Assembly: GCF_009914755.1 (NCBI RefSeq)
Contig: NC_060928.1
Direction: 5' to 3' (one strand)
DNA from: the human T2T-CHM13v2.0 reference genome, Homo sapiens
DNA: 64,000 nucleotides
Within the stretch, counting starts at the first letter, position 1. Each line of letters begins with the position of its first letter. The notes beneath the pieces are model-generated. The model worked only from the letters and a program-made list of their open reading frames with translations. It did not search any database and had not been told where the DNA came from. The position numbers were made by a program, and so were the translations under genes. Shown in pieces: positions 30,150 to 42,947 of this stretch.

Positions 30150-30345
30150 AAGGTAAAAGCCAATGGAAAACTTTGGGTGATAATGGTGTGTCAATGTAGG
30201 TTGATTGATTGTGATAAATGTAGAACTCTGATGGGGGACGTTGATAATGGGGGAGGCTGTGCATGTGTGAGGGCAGAGGGTATATGGGAACTCTGTATTT
30301 TCTGCTCAATTTTGCTGTAAACCTAAAACTGCCCTAAAAATAATC
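30150..30345 (+). mobile_element. L1MC-type 3' end fragment
   Basis: gggtatatgggaactctgtattttctgctcaattttgctgtaaacctaaaactgc. Confidence 0.75.
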
Positions 30346-30433
30346 TTTTAAAATCCCAGTGTGGGAGGGGGAAGAACAATTGCCACTGCATAAGAATAAT
30401 TAGTTTCACTTGCGTGGTGCTTTAAAACTTAGC

Positions 30434-30761
<328 letters not shown>

Positions 30762-31147
30762 TCATTCTCTTATATCATCCTGTGAAACTAGAAGGACAGA
30801 TGTTCTTATTTCCATTTTTCAAGATGAAGAAATTAAAACTCAGAGAGCTAAAGTGACTTGTTTTAGTCTAAAGAACAAACAAGCATTCAAATTAGGTCTT
30901 AAAATGAGTCTTCTAAGTCCAATGACCCACAAATGCACTTTCCACCTGTATCTATAACAATTCACAAGCTTTTAGAGAAAAAAGAAATCTTATTTTTGTC
31001 CCAGGGTAGATACTCAAAGTAAACATTTTATGGATTATCAATGTAATTAAAACATTAGGATAGGAAAAATAAATGTACATAAAATTATGACAGAAAAGAA
31101 AGATTATCCAAATTATAAGGTGTTACTATCCTTTTAAAAACTTCAGA

Positions 31148-31465
<318 letters not shown>

Positions 31466-32123
31466 TCCAGAGTGATAAGTGGACTATCCTGAAATCACCA
31501 ACATTAATGGGCCTATGCCAGTAATTAAGGAGAACTGAAAGTCTCATAGCAGATCAAACAAATTCCTGATTTCCCAGGATTGGTAGGTCCAGAAAGAAAC
31601 CACTAGGGAACACAGGGACAAAAATAATGCTTCGCCCACCAGTATTGATGTGTCTGGGTCTTAGGATACAGGCTTAGGATAAAGGAAGTGAATTTTTTTT
31701 TAATCCAGTGAGCTGGGTCTTAGTATAAAGGCAGTGAGTTTCTGTACATCAGTCTTAACTTCCTAATAATTATACTAGCAATAACCAGTGCTTATTGAGA
31801 ACTTACTTTGTTCTGGGCTTTGTTCTAAATCCAATGTACTTTTCTTAGATTTTTAGTGAATAAAAAATTAACTTTGCAATATCATAATAACCTTTGAAGT
31901 AATCAGAAAGTGCCTAGTGGTACAAAGATCTGGGACTTGCCATTCTTGGTTCTCGAATGCTGGTGCTGGCATTACGAGAGGGCATAAAGTGAAGGCCTGA
32001 CAGCCATCCTGTGAATGCCACACAGCTCTGGACCCACAGTGGAATGTAGACCTTCCATTTTAAAACAATCATTTAACTATGTGAAGGCTCTAGCTCATTT
32101 TCTCATTATTTCAAAAATCTGAC

Positions 32124-32421
32124 TTTTTTTTTTTGAAACAGAATTTCTTTCACTCTTGTTGCCTAGGCTGGAGTGCAATGGTGTGATCAGTGCTCACTGC
32201 AATCTCCGCCTTCCCAGTTGAAGGGATTCTCCTGCTTCAGCCTCCCAAGTAGCTGGGATTACAGGTGCCCGCCACAACGCCTGGCTAATTTTTGTATTTT
32301 TAGTAGAGATGGAGTTTTACCATGTGGGCCAGGCTGGTCTCGAACTCCTGGCCTCAGGTGATCTGCCTGCCTCAGCCTCCCAAAGTGTTGGAATTACAGG
32401 CATGAGCCACATTGCCTGGCC
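32124..32421 (-). mobile_element. AluS
   Basis: Reverse dimer, TSD aaaaatctga. Confidence 0.9.
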
Positions 32422-32739
32422 AAAAATCTGATTTTTAAGAAGATTTCACTGCCATACAATTCTGTAATGTTAAGCTTCTTCCATGTTGCCAACAATTTCA
32501 AAGAGCAAAAGGCAGGAATGTAAAAACCACTGAGGGTAGTTTTTAGCATCATTGAGGTTGCTCATCAGTGATAGAGTAATAAGATACTTAAGATATTTAT
32601 GGAGTTTTAGTAGTGATCTGAGCCCTATACCAGACATATATAGTTACATATTTCCAGGTAAGATCAAAACATGGGGAAAATATTCCTTTGTAATATTCCC
32701 CCTGGCATTGTTGTTTTCTTCCACCTGCTTGTTAATCAA

Positions 32740-32950
32740 TCTCTCTCTCTCTCTCTCTCTCCCCCTCTATCTCCCTCTCTCTCTCCCCATTTCTTTTAGA
32801 GACAGGGTCTTGCTCTTGCTTGTTGCCCAGGCTGGAATGCAGTGGTACAATCATAGCTCACTACAATCCTGAAATCCTGGGCTCAAGCAATCCTCTCACA
32901 TCAGCCTCTCAAGTAACTAGGACTACAGGCAAGCGCCACCAAGCATGACC
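32740..32950 (-). mobile_element. Alu right monomer with (CT)n-converted tail
   Basis: (CT)n followed by gagacagggtcttgctc...gctcaagcaatcct. Confidence 0.75.
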
Positions 32951-33647
32951 TGGAATCTCTTTTAAATAGGATAGAATCCTTCCTGAACTGGCAATAATCT
33001 TAACATGAAAATGCCTAGGGTGGTGATATTGACCTAAATCTACAATAGGTATAGACTTTGGCATCAGAGCTGAGGTTTGTCTGAGTAAGACTGTGGTGGT
33101 GTGATGTGAGGAGAGATTTGGGATGGTGAATTCTTAAGTGAGGTTTAGGGGGGAGACGCAGGAAAAGGGTCCGAAGATAAACATCTGACTGCCCCCAACC
33201 ATTGCCTAATAATCAGTATTCCCTCGCGATGCTCAGGCTTCAGGGGTTGCCTGGTGACAAGTGACTGACTGGCACCAGACTTCTGGTGAACATGGAGGGA
33301 GAGGATTTATCCTGCCTGAAGGTTTATTCCATTTATTCCAACAGAAGTGTGATATCTCAGGCATAGGCTCAAGTTTTCTTCTCTCCGGGTGTCCATGAGT
33401 GTTTGCTGCCAACAACTCAGTACCTCCAAGGTCACAGCAGAGCTCTGCAGAGCCAGTCCCCAACCTTCTGAACCATCCAACCTTTTTCCTTAGAACACTT
33501 CCCATGTCCTGACAAAACAGTTCTCTAATCAAAACAACCCAAATGTGGTCATTTCTATCCTCACAAAAGATAATATAATTTAAAATGAGATTGTGGAATG
33601 CTAAACTATACACCCAAACCCCAAAGCACTAAAATTTTTCTATCAAC

Positions 33648-33666
33648 CAGAGCCACCTAGTGGTAA
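33648..33666 (-). promoter_or_regulatory. Candidate CTCF site
   Basis: Minus strand TTACCACTAGGTGGCTCTG fits the CTCF core CCAC(C/T)AG(G/A)(T/G)GGC; motif match only. Confidence 0.55.
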
Positions 33667-34100
33667 AATGGAACATTTTTTAAAAATTCCCATTTATTTT
33701 CTCACTCTAGTTTACAGTTACCCACTTTAAGACTGTCGCCTCCATCTGTTTTCCTTACCAAACATCTATTTATCCAAGGTAAACAAACCTACAGTTTGTC
33801 ATAATTGGAAAGCTTTATGACTAAAACAGAAGCTGAAGCAACAGTGTCTCTTTAGAAGGGCAAGAAAATGTCAATACTCATTTATTTCTAAAGATAAAGA
33901 GTCCTAGGATATTTACTTTGTGGCCTTCTATTTTCTGTAACACACTTCCTCTTCTCCACACTATGCACATATCCACCCGCGTAAATGATCTCATACGAAT
34001 TATAGGCACGGAGGAGGTAAGCAAAAAGTGTTCCACCCTGGTTCCCAATCCCCCCGCCCCCCGCCATATACATGTAATCTGTGGTAGAAATGAGAAGTAC

Positions 34101-34158
34101 CTTGGGTTGTGATTTGATTCCTTCTCTTCCTTCAAGGTAGGTAAACATTCAAAGTCGG
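34101..34158 (-). CDS. TMEM154: TMEM154 coding exon 6 (58 nt)
   Basis: gtcctag|CC GAC TTT GAA TGT ... AAC CCA AG|gtactt = ADFECLPTLKEEKESNHNP. Confidence 0.95.
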
Positions 34159-35055
34159 CTAGGACAGAATAAAAGCAAACTCATTGTTAGTTACTGAAAT
34201 CGTATTTTCTATCCACAAACCTGATACAGTTAAATACCATAGTTCTCTGATCTGCGTGGTTACTTGCACAAAAATGGCCTCACCAAGGAGTGATAGTGAT
34301 GAAAAGATTAATGATGTCAAGGCTCTTGAAATGGAAAAAGCACTAATAACACAGATGCAAAACTTCAACATGCCTCTGACACTGGAAAGGACACAATTCA
34401 TCACTGCTTGGTTATTCTGTCCCTGCAGCACCCCAGTGCTCCAAAAGCTAGAATCTGCATGTCTCAGGATAGACAGTGGAATAAGATGGCTTCGCCTGAG
34501 GTTCCAACGTGTCTGCAGAATGATTTCCATCAGATTGCACGGTAGGAAAGAATTGGGTAAAGTGGGAAAACAGCTGATCTTCCTATGGTCATGAGTTCTT
34601 TTCTATTACACCACTCGTTATTTTTAAGGGCAAAAAAATTCTTTGATTCTATCACCTATGTGTCAAAATAACTCAGCTTTAGTTGTCAAATAGAAATGCC
34701 TTTTCCAGTTTTCTGGTTTTAGTGAGTATGACAGAATCATGATTTTATATTTCACAAAATCTCTGGCACAAAACATAATACAACAACATAGCAAGAAGAG
34801 ATTGCCTTTCTGTGGTGAATTTTTTTCTTCTACCTTTTTTTTTTTTTTTTTGCATTTTCCAAATTCTACTATGTATGCATATTACTTTTAGCAACTGAAA
34901 AACAACAAAACGAGACTCCTGAAGGACTATCTCAATGACCCGCCCCATCCTCAAATAGAATGGCTTTACAGAGTCCTTCTTTCCTCAATATGAAAAACTG
35001 TTAGAAATTGTACAAGTTAGCTGAGTGGCTCTTTTTTGAAATCACACCTTGATAA

Positions 35056-35423
<368 letters not shown>

Positions 35424-35689
35424 TAGAGTGTTGAATTTGACAGACCCTAGGGTATTTTTTTAAGATAAATGGTAAAAAATACAAATGACATGATAATGCT
35501 GGGTTTTATTCATTTAATCTAAGTAGTAAAAATAATTAATTTTTAAAGGGAATTTGAAAAAGAAAAAGCAGCTGTCATCATTTTAAAGTCCCATTATTGA
35601 TTTACTAAAAAGTAAGGAACATATACTTCCATTACTGCCAGATATCAATTGGAAATTGTTATATGGGGTATGTATATCACCATCTACAT

Positions 35690-35857
35690 GAGCAATGTCC
35701 AATAGAGCATTCTAAAGTGATAGAAATATTCTACATTACACTGTCCACTTAGTAGCCATTGGCTACTAAACACTCAATATTTTTTAATTTTAATTTTAAT
35801 TAATTTAAATTTAAATAGCCACATTTGGTGATTATCTATTACGTTGAACAGCACAGA
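35690..35857. mobile_element. MER3-type hAT MITE
   Basis: tgtccaataga...taattttaattaatttaaatttaaatagccacat...acagcacag. Confidence 0.7.
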
Positions 35858-36243
35858 TCTATGGATACTACATTTGATAAAGTTTTATATCCATAGTCAG
35901 TTTAAAATTGTAGATCTTTAAATTCTGTAATGTATAAGGTAATGCCAGATGCTAACTTTTTCCAGATCATTTGGCCTCAGAGATTTCCTTTCTTGAATAA
36001 AATACCATTTTCTGCTTCAAAAAGACCATTTCAACAACTTGTACAGAAATAAAAACAAGTGGCAACAATTAAGCTGAATATTTAAGTATTGTCAGACCAG
36101 GTTTATTATCTGCATGTACCAGATCTAATGTGGGATTGGGTTCTTCTGTCTCACTCCAGGATTTATTGAGATATTTATAAAGCTGTTGCAGCCTTCTGTT
36201 ACTAGAGAGGAAAGAAAAAAAACAACTTTAGGTTACCACATAC

Positions 36244-36329
36244 CATTTCTATTCATGCTGTTCATCCATTTATCAAGCTCTTCCATTTCAATTTCCATAA
36301 CAGAGGGTGTATCTTCCTCAAAAATAGGG
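36244..36329 (-). CDS. TMEM154: TMEM154 coding exon 5 (86 nt)
   Basis: tttctag|C CCT ATT TTT GAG ... AGA AAT G|gtatgt = PIFEEDTPSVMEIEMEELDKWMNSMNRN (also visible in ORF 36233..36487). Confidence 0.96.
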
Positions 36330-37570
36330 CTAGAAATAGAGAGCAAAAGACTTGTTAGAAAGAAATGTGAAAGATGCCTAATTTCATTTGGAAAGAGACT
36401 AGAATGCTGATCCTGAGGAAGATGAACTTGATTCAGTGCCTTATGCTCTAGGGAAGCCTGGGGGCTTGCCCTATTCCAAACTACCAAACTTTAATAGGAA
36501 GAAAGGCTACCACACAAACAAACATACATTTATCACAGGTCCAAAAGTGGGGTGCCCACAGGCCCAACAAGTGGACAAAAAAGGGAACCCAGGAGGCTGA
36601 CTGCTCCCCTGAAGGTGCAAAGTCAAGTCTGCAAGGCTCCCAGGGTGAGGCCCTTCCGGGGAGTTGCCATATGAAGCATTTTAGCCTTGCTTAATTTCAC
36701 TTCCTGTTCCTTGGGGTTTTTTGATCAGTGCCCCAGGTCAAGAGGCCACTGTCAACAGGCTACAGTTATCACCTGTCCCTTCAATTCCCAGGCCTTTCTC
36801 TCTTGGAGAAATGGAGCAGTTGCTTTCAGAAATTCACCGCCCTCACTTGCAGAAGCTCAAAGTGCACAGTCAGGGGACAGAGTCCGTGGTTAGTGGAGAT
36901 GGGGTTGGGGAAGGATGGACCACCAGCTCTGAAAGCAGCGTAGGCGGTACACTGCGTAGAGGAAGCGATAAAGTTTCTAAACCAGGAGGCTGCTTGGAAG
37001 ATGGGGAGGATATGGCATCACCCCAGAACATGCTTCTGAGTGGAGGCTTGTTTTTCTCTCTCCCACCCCTCCTTCCCTCCCTCCTCTCCCTTCCTCCTGC
37101 TCCTCCCACTCTTCCCTTCTCCTCCTCTCTCTCTCCCATCCCTGGGGGTTCTTGCTGTGTGAACTTCTGCTTCGACCAGGGCTCCCTGCTAAATACCAGC
37201 TCAAGTATCTTTCCTGGTGATAAAATTTCTAATCAGAGTAAATGAACCAATGTCCTTGAAATACAGCTAGGGATAGAATATTTAACTGCTATGCACTTGA
37301 AATTGGTAGCAGTCAGGATTCTTTTCTGAATGTAGGACAATGAAATAAAACAGATGCCAAGCTGTCTTTGCCCAGATCACACTCACACGCTGGATAGGGT
37401 TTGGGGATGCCAGCACATCCTCCCTCAGGCTGCCAAGGATCTCCAACCCCGCCTGGGAAGCAGGAGAGTCCCGCAAGATGTCAGAACAAAAACACCTGAA
37501 AAGGCAGCTGTCCACCTTAACAGTTGCTGTTCACACCCCAGGTGGATCAGAAGCAGCAGGGAAAACTTAC

Positions 37571-37598
37571 ACTTTCACGTTTTCACTTCCCAGTTCAT
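37571..37598 (-). CDS. TMEM154: TMEM154 coding exon 4 (28-nt micro-exon)
   Basis: ccttttag|AT GAA CTG GGA AGT GAA AAC GTG AAA GT|gtaagt = YELGSENVKV; strong canonical splice sites. Confidence 0.95.
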
Positions 37599-38099
37599 CT
37601 AAAAGGAAATGAACATAAAGGTCATGTTAGCTTTGTTCTTCTGTAACAGCTTTTAATTTCAACAACAGCTGAAGTCTCCTTTACAAAGAGAGCAAAATGA
37701 CATTAAGTAACATTTTTAAAGGAGCGATCATTAACTTAGAGTCAAAGAAGTGTGGATTGCCATATTAAAACGAGGTCCTAATCCGTGTGAAATCTGCTTT
37801 CTTTTAGATGTGGATGGTCTGCTGAGAACGCTCACTTCAGATCAGATGTTCATCCGTCTTTATTTTTTACATCCACAAGAAGAGGAAAACATTGGTAAGG
37901 AAAGGCAAGGGAGGGTGAAACAAGAGGGCTTGCTCCTTGGCCTCCTTCAGTAAAATGTCCCAGATCTAAAGGCTGCTGCTTCATCTCCTGTGATACACCA
38001 TGCTGAACACTGTGACACTGTGCCTCACTCCTGGTGGAGGATGTGGGATCTTCCATCAAGGGCTCCCCTTGGAATTTTCCTTTTACCCCTGCTCTTGGC

Positions 38100-38430
38100 A
38101 TGGCTGGATCCCTCACAACTTCAGGGTCCCAGCTTAAATACTCTTTCCTCGGGGAGGCCTTCCCCACCTACTCTATTTAAAGAAGGGCCCATCTTTCCTG
38201 TTGCTCCCCAGCTCAGCACCTTGCTTGCATCTTTCATAATATTGGCCACAATTTCTCATTGGTCAACCCGTCTGTTTGATTTTTTTTTTCTGTCTGTCTC
38301 TCTCACTAGACAAAGTACAAAGGGGCAGGGATCGTGTCTGTCTTATTTATCGTGGTATCCCCTCAGCTCTGAGCCAGCTACCACAGTACCTTGTAAATGC
38401 CTAGTCAATATCAGTGGAATAAATGATTAG
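38100..38430 (+). mobile_element. L2 3' end fragment
   Basis: cagcttaaata..ttcctcggggaggccttcccc, ggcagggatcgtgtctgtctt, caatatcagtggaataaatga. Confidence 0.7.
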
Positions 38431-39087
38431 GTGTTAACCTCAATTGTCCAGCACTGGGGTTCAATTCATGTCCAATATTTCAGACTTAGCATAGTGAAAC
38501 TTCCAACAAGCCTGTTTTTAGTTCCTGTTGGTTGAGGTGAGAGTCAGGTAACTGTTTACAAAATGGCTGTAATGCACATCAGACTCCAAATGAACAAGTG
38601 GTGAGAATTGGAGCCTGATGTCCCAGCTGAAGCCCTGTTTCATTTGGCAGGAGAACCAACACATCCAGAGAAATGAGGCAATGATGTTGAGTGGATAGCA
38701 TAGGCCTGCTGCACCATTCATCATGTGAAACCTATTGAAAAGCAAACCACTTTGTAGGGGCCCACCAAATAGTCAGAGGTTTCTGATCCTTGGCACTTAA
38801 AGGCCTCCTATTGTCTGTCCTGGAGAAATGGAGGTCCTCAGTGAAGGAACACAACCAGCAGACACCTGGAACTGAGTTCCTGGCAGCAGTGAGCTGCTGT
38901 AATTTCCTGTGGGTTGGCAAGCTTGAATGGCATTGCTAATCCAGGAAAGCTGGGCACAGATGTAAGTTTCATGCCATCACCGCTTGCCTTCCAGGAGCTG
39001 CAGGCTATGTCCTCCTGCCCTCCAGTAGGCATCTAAAGCTTCCTGCAGATGCCTGACTCCTCAGAAACTTAGATGGGGGAAAGGAGA

Positions 39088-39088
<1 letters not shown>

Positions 39089-39130
<42 letters not shown>
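39089..39130. repeat. (CA)n microsatellite (about 20 units)
   Basis: Read directly; gives a (UG)n tract in TMEM154 intron 3 pre-mRNA. Confidence 0.97.
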
Positions 39131-39135
<5 letters not shown>

Positions 39136-40407
39136 CACAAACCCACACTTTCTATCTAAAATATAAAGGCTATTTCCTTAAGGAATTTTAATATAAATAA
39201 AGCTCCTACACAATTGAACATCCCTGCAGGTGACCCGTAAAGCTCCTCCTGTTTTGTCACTCCCTCCTCCTCCCTCTCCCTTTTCCCCTGCTGAATAAAC
39301 CCCTGACTATTTTCCCAGACAGCAAGTGGCTGCATGGCCCCACCGTTGTGGGCATGGATATATCTTTATAATCCGGGTTCCCCACAGGCTTCAGGGTGAG
39401 CAAAAGCTAGCCTGCAAGCAGATGAAGGAAAACTTTTAAAAGCCATCACAAAAGTGCTCCAGATGCACCAAATGTGAAGCTCCTGTAATCAGTTTGAAAA
39501 CAGAGCAAAAAGCTTTCTACGGCCTCATCTTCCCTGCTCCATGGCTATTACCTCTGCTCCAGCCACCATGGCAACAGAAAAACATCTGGGAGGGCACACA
39601 AAGAGCAGAGCATTAAACCAGGAGGAAGACCAATTACTTGTCCTCAGCAATCAGGCCCTGCCCGCTCCACTCCACCTGGCCTATATATATTTATGAATAG
39701 CCACCTATTCCCTTTGCAACCAGGAGGCAAATGCAGCTCTTACAAAGCTCCATCTCAAACCCCTATTCCATTTTCCCTCCAACAATCCTTCCATTTCATC
39801 TCCTCCAACCCACTTTGTCCTCCTCCTTCAGTTCCTACTTCCCCCCCACTTAGCCTGACAGTACTCTCCTCTCAGATCCTCTCCTCTGTGCATTCGATAG
39901 TGGGGTTGTCTGGTGGAGGCTAGGGGAGGGCAGGAGCTACAGGAGCCTCTGGCTTCCTTTTCTTGTTTCCACGCTGAGCAGTGAGCAAGAGAAAGAGTCT
40001 CTTTCCAGAAGATTTACTGAGTAAGCCAGGCATCATGTAGCCACAGCCTGTTTAAAGGGGTAGTTTATCGCCCGCTGTTTTCCCTGCAGCTCTTTCAGAG
40101 AGACCTCACACATCAAGACACTGCAAATTTCATACCAGGAGGTCTAGGAAGAATGAGAGCAGAACATCACGTTACTACATCATGTTTCCCTTTCCCTGAA
40201 CATGAAATGGACAAGCCCAAAGGAAAAAGTAATTTCCAATCAGATGAAGTGTTCTAAAAGTTTTGGCCAAGTCCTCTCCCATTGTCAAATTTAAAGACTT
40301 ATTTCCTAGTATAGTATAACAGACCAGGCTCTACCCAAGTGCAGTAAGAAACAGTATGTCTGCTTCTAACTTCCCAGGGGACATAGTGTGCAGGTGTCCA
40401 TGCTCTC

Positions 40408-40478
40408 CTATAAAGCATTTCTGTGGGAGCTTTCCAAGCAAAACGCTGGTATGACCTTCCATGATAGTTGTATTTTAC
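40408..40478 (-). CDS. TMEM154: Candidate alternative terminal coding exon of TMEM154 in intron 3
   Basis: Strong acceptor gattttttttcag|; phase-1 splice from exon 3 gives ...LQT-CKIQLSWKVIPAFCLESSHRNAL* (about 144 aa total). Confidence 0.55.
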
Positions 40479-41335
40479 CTGAAAAAAAATCAAATTTTGC
40501 TCATGTAAATATTCTGCTTTTATTAACTTTTAGCATTCAGTTTTTCTGAAAAGTTGTCCATCTGTTAAGCAGTTAGTGATCACGTCTGTGTTAAAGCATT
40601 GGCTGATAAGAGAAAAAAATTCAAATAAAACTCTCCATCAAAAACTTTTGTGATAAGCCAATTGTTTTGAAATGCTAAGTTTTCTCTGTTGTTTTTTTTA
40701 AAGTTAGGCATATTTAAGGTAAAAATAATGTACCAATTTTTAGTAAGGATAATGTACAAATTTGACTTTCCCTCTGAGCGTAGATGTTCTTTAATAAACA
40801 TTCTAATGTTCTTTAATTAAGTCACTTATTCAACAAACATATACAAGCAGCTAGTGTGTGTTGGGCTAGGCGTTGAGTTAGGTAAAGGGATGATAATAAG
40901 CTAGCACTTAGCACTTATGCCAGGTACTGATTTTTTCTAAGTGATTTGCCTATATAAACCATTTAATTCTCACAACTCTATGAGGTGGGTATTGAATTTG
41001 CCCATTTTACAGATGAAGAAACTTAATCAGAGAGTCACGGTGCCAGGAAGTGCAAGCCAACCAAGCAGTGTGTGTGGTTTGAGTCTGGACTCTCAACCTC
41101 AATGCCACACTGTCACACAAGACAAATAAGACTAGCTCTTGGTTCTCCTGGACCTTAACGACCACATCACCCAGAAAGAAAAGAAGAAAAAAGAGAAGGA
41201 AGGAAGGAAGGGAAACAAGTCACCAACTTATGACAATGTGAATACTGTGAACAAAGAGTGTGAACAAAGTATTCTGAGAGCACAGAAGAGATGGTAATTA
41301 ATTTTTCCTAGGGGAGGATTATTCAAGGCTTCCTA

Positions 41336-41737
<402 letters not shown>

Positions 41738-42947
41738 TCAACCAGGCATGGAGGCATCCTGAAAGTCAAGTCAAGTTCTGGGAATAGCAAATACTTCAAG
41801 TGTTGTTAGAGTGGAGGATGCATGGACCATGTCTGAGGTTGAGGCTGGCTCTCGCTTGTAAATGGCTTTTGAACCTTGAGACTTTCACAATGAAATTCAA
41901 TGAAAAATCAATTTCTGGATTTGGAGCCTAAGAGCCTCACCATGTGAGTGGATACCTCCAACATCCCCCCACCCCTTGAGTCCATTAGGTAAAACCAGTC
42001 ATGGTTTGGGGAAGGAAATTATGACTTTTCCTGAATTTTAAAAAATTTAAAAAGCTCTGTTTGCTTTTTTTTCTTAAGCTTAGAAAGAAGCCTCCATATG
42101 ACCATGTTATTAGGAAGTCCTGAAATTTCAAGCAGTGGAGAAACATGTATTTCCCACTTCTTTGGAATCTATTATATGGGCCTCTGCCATGAAAGGAAAT
42201 ACTCTTCGGGGCTTCTTCCCCAGCTCACATTTGCCTCATCTGCTGACTGTGAAAGATTCCTCTGGCACAGAGACAGTGAGGTGGGCATGTGGGACAAGGG
42301 CATGGCCCCAAAGCCAGAGGTGCCCTGTCATGGGTGTGAGGGACATAAAGTGAGTTTTGTATACATGTATGACTATGTATTGTATTAGAGACGTTCCTAT
42401 CCTTTGAGTAACTTTTTGGAAAGACTATAAAGGCTTTAACTTAAAAATCGAATCCGAGCGAGTTTTACTGGCACAAGCCAAAAGTACCCAAGTCTGCTTT
42501 AGACCTAGAACTACCCTGACTCCTAGCACGTGATGCTCCTTGAATCACAACTGAATACTCTCAAAGTGGGTCTCTGACTGAGGGAATTTTCTATAATTGG
42601 TTTTCGGATTGATGTTAGTAATCTTTAGACAGTTGAAGAATTTGATTATAAAAGTTAGCATAGCTTCAATGGGAATAAGAACAATGCTTCCTCCAGGACT
42701 TTTCAAGATCAAATTGGGATGTGGGGTGGGGGAGAAAATAAAATCTGTAACAGAAATATAGATGAAAGAATGCTCTTCTGGTGGTGATGACCCCAAGGCC
42801 TCTAGCCTTCCCATCCCTAACCCTAATCTGACTCACTCCTTGATCAGCCTTTCTCTTTCCCCAGTGATGGGAAATGTTATACTGGCTTATTGGCTAAAAT
42901 TATACAGGATCCTCATCTGGATTAGGGTCAAAGATGGCAGCAGTAGA

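Noticed and set aside
36721-37245. 174-aa plus-strand ORF
   Set aside because: Non-ATG start and low-complexity Pro/Leu/Ser content from a polypyrimidine tract; no homology recognised.
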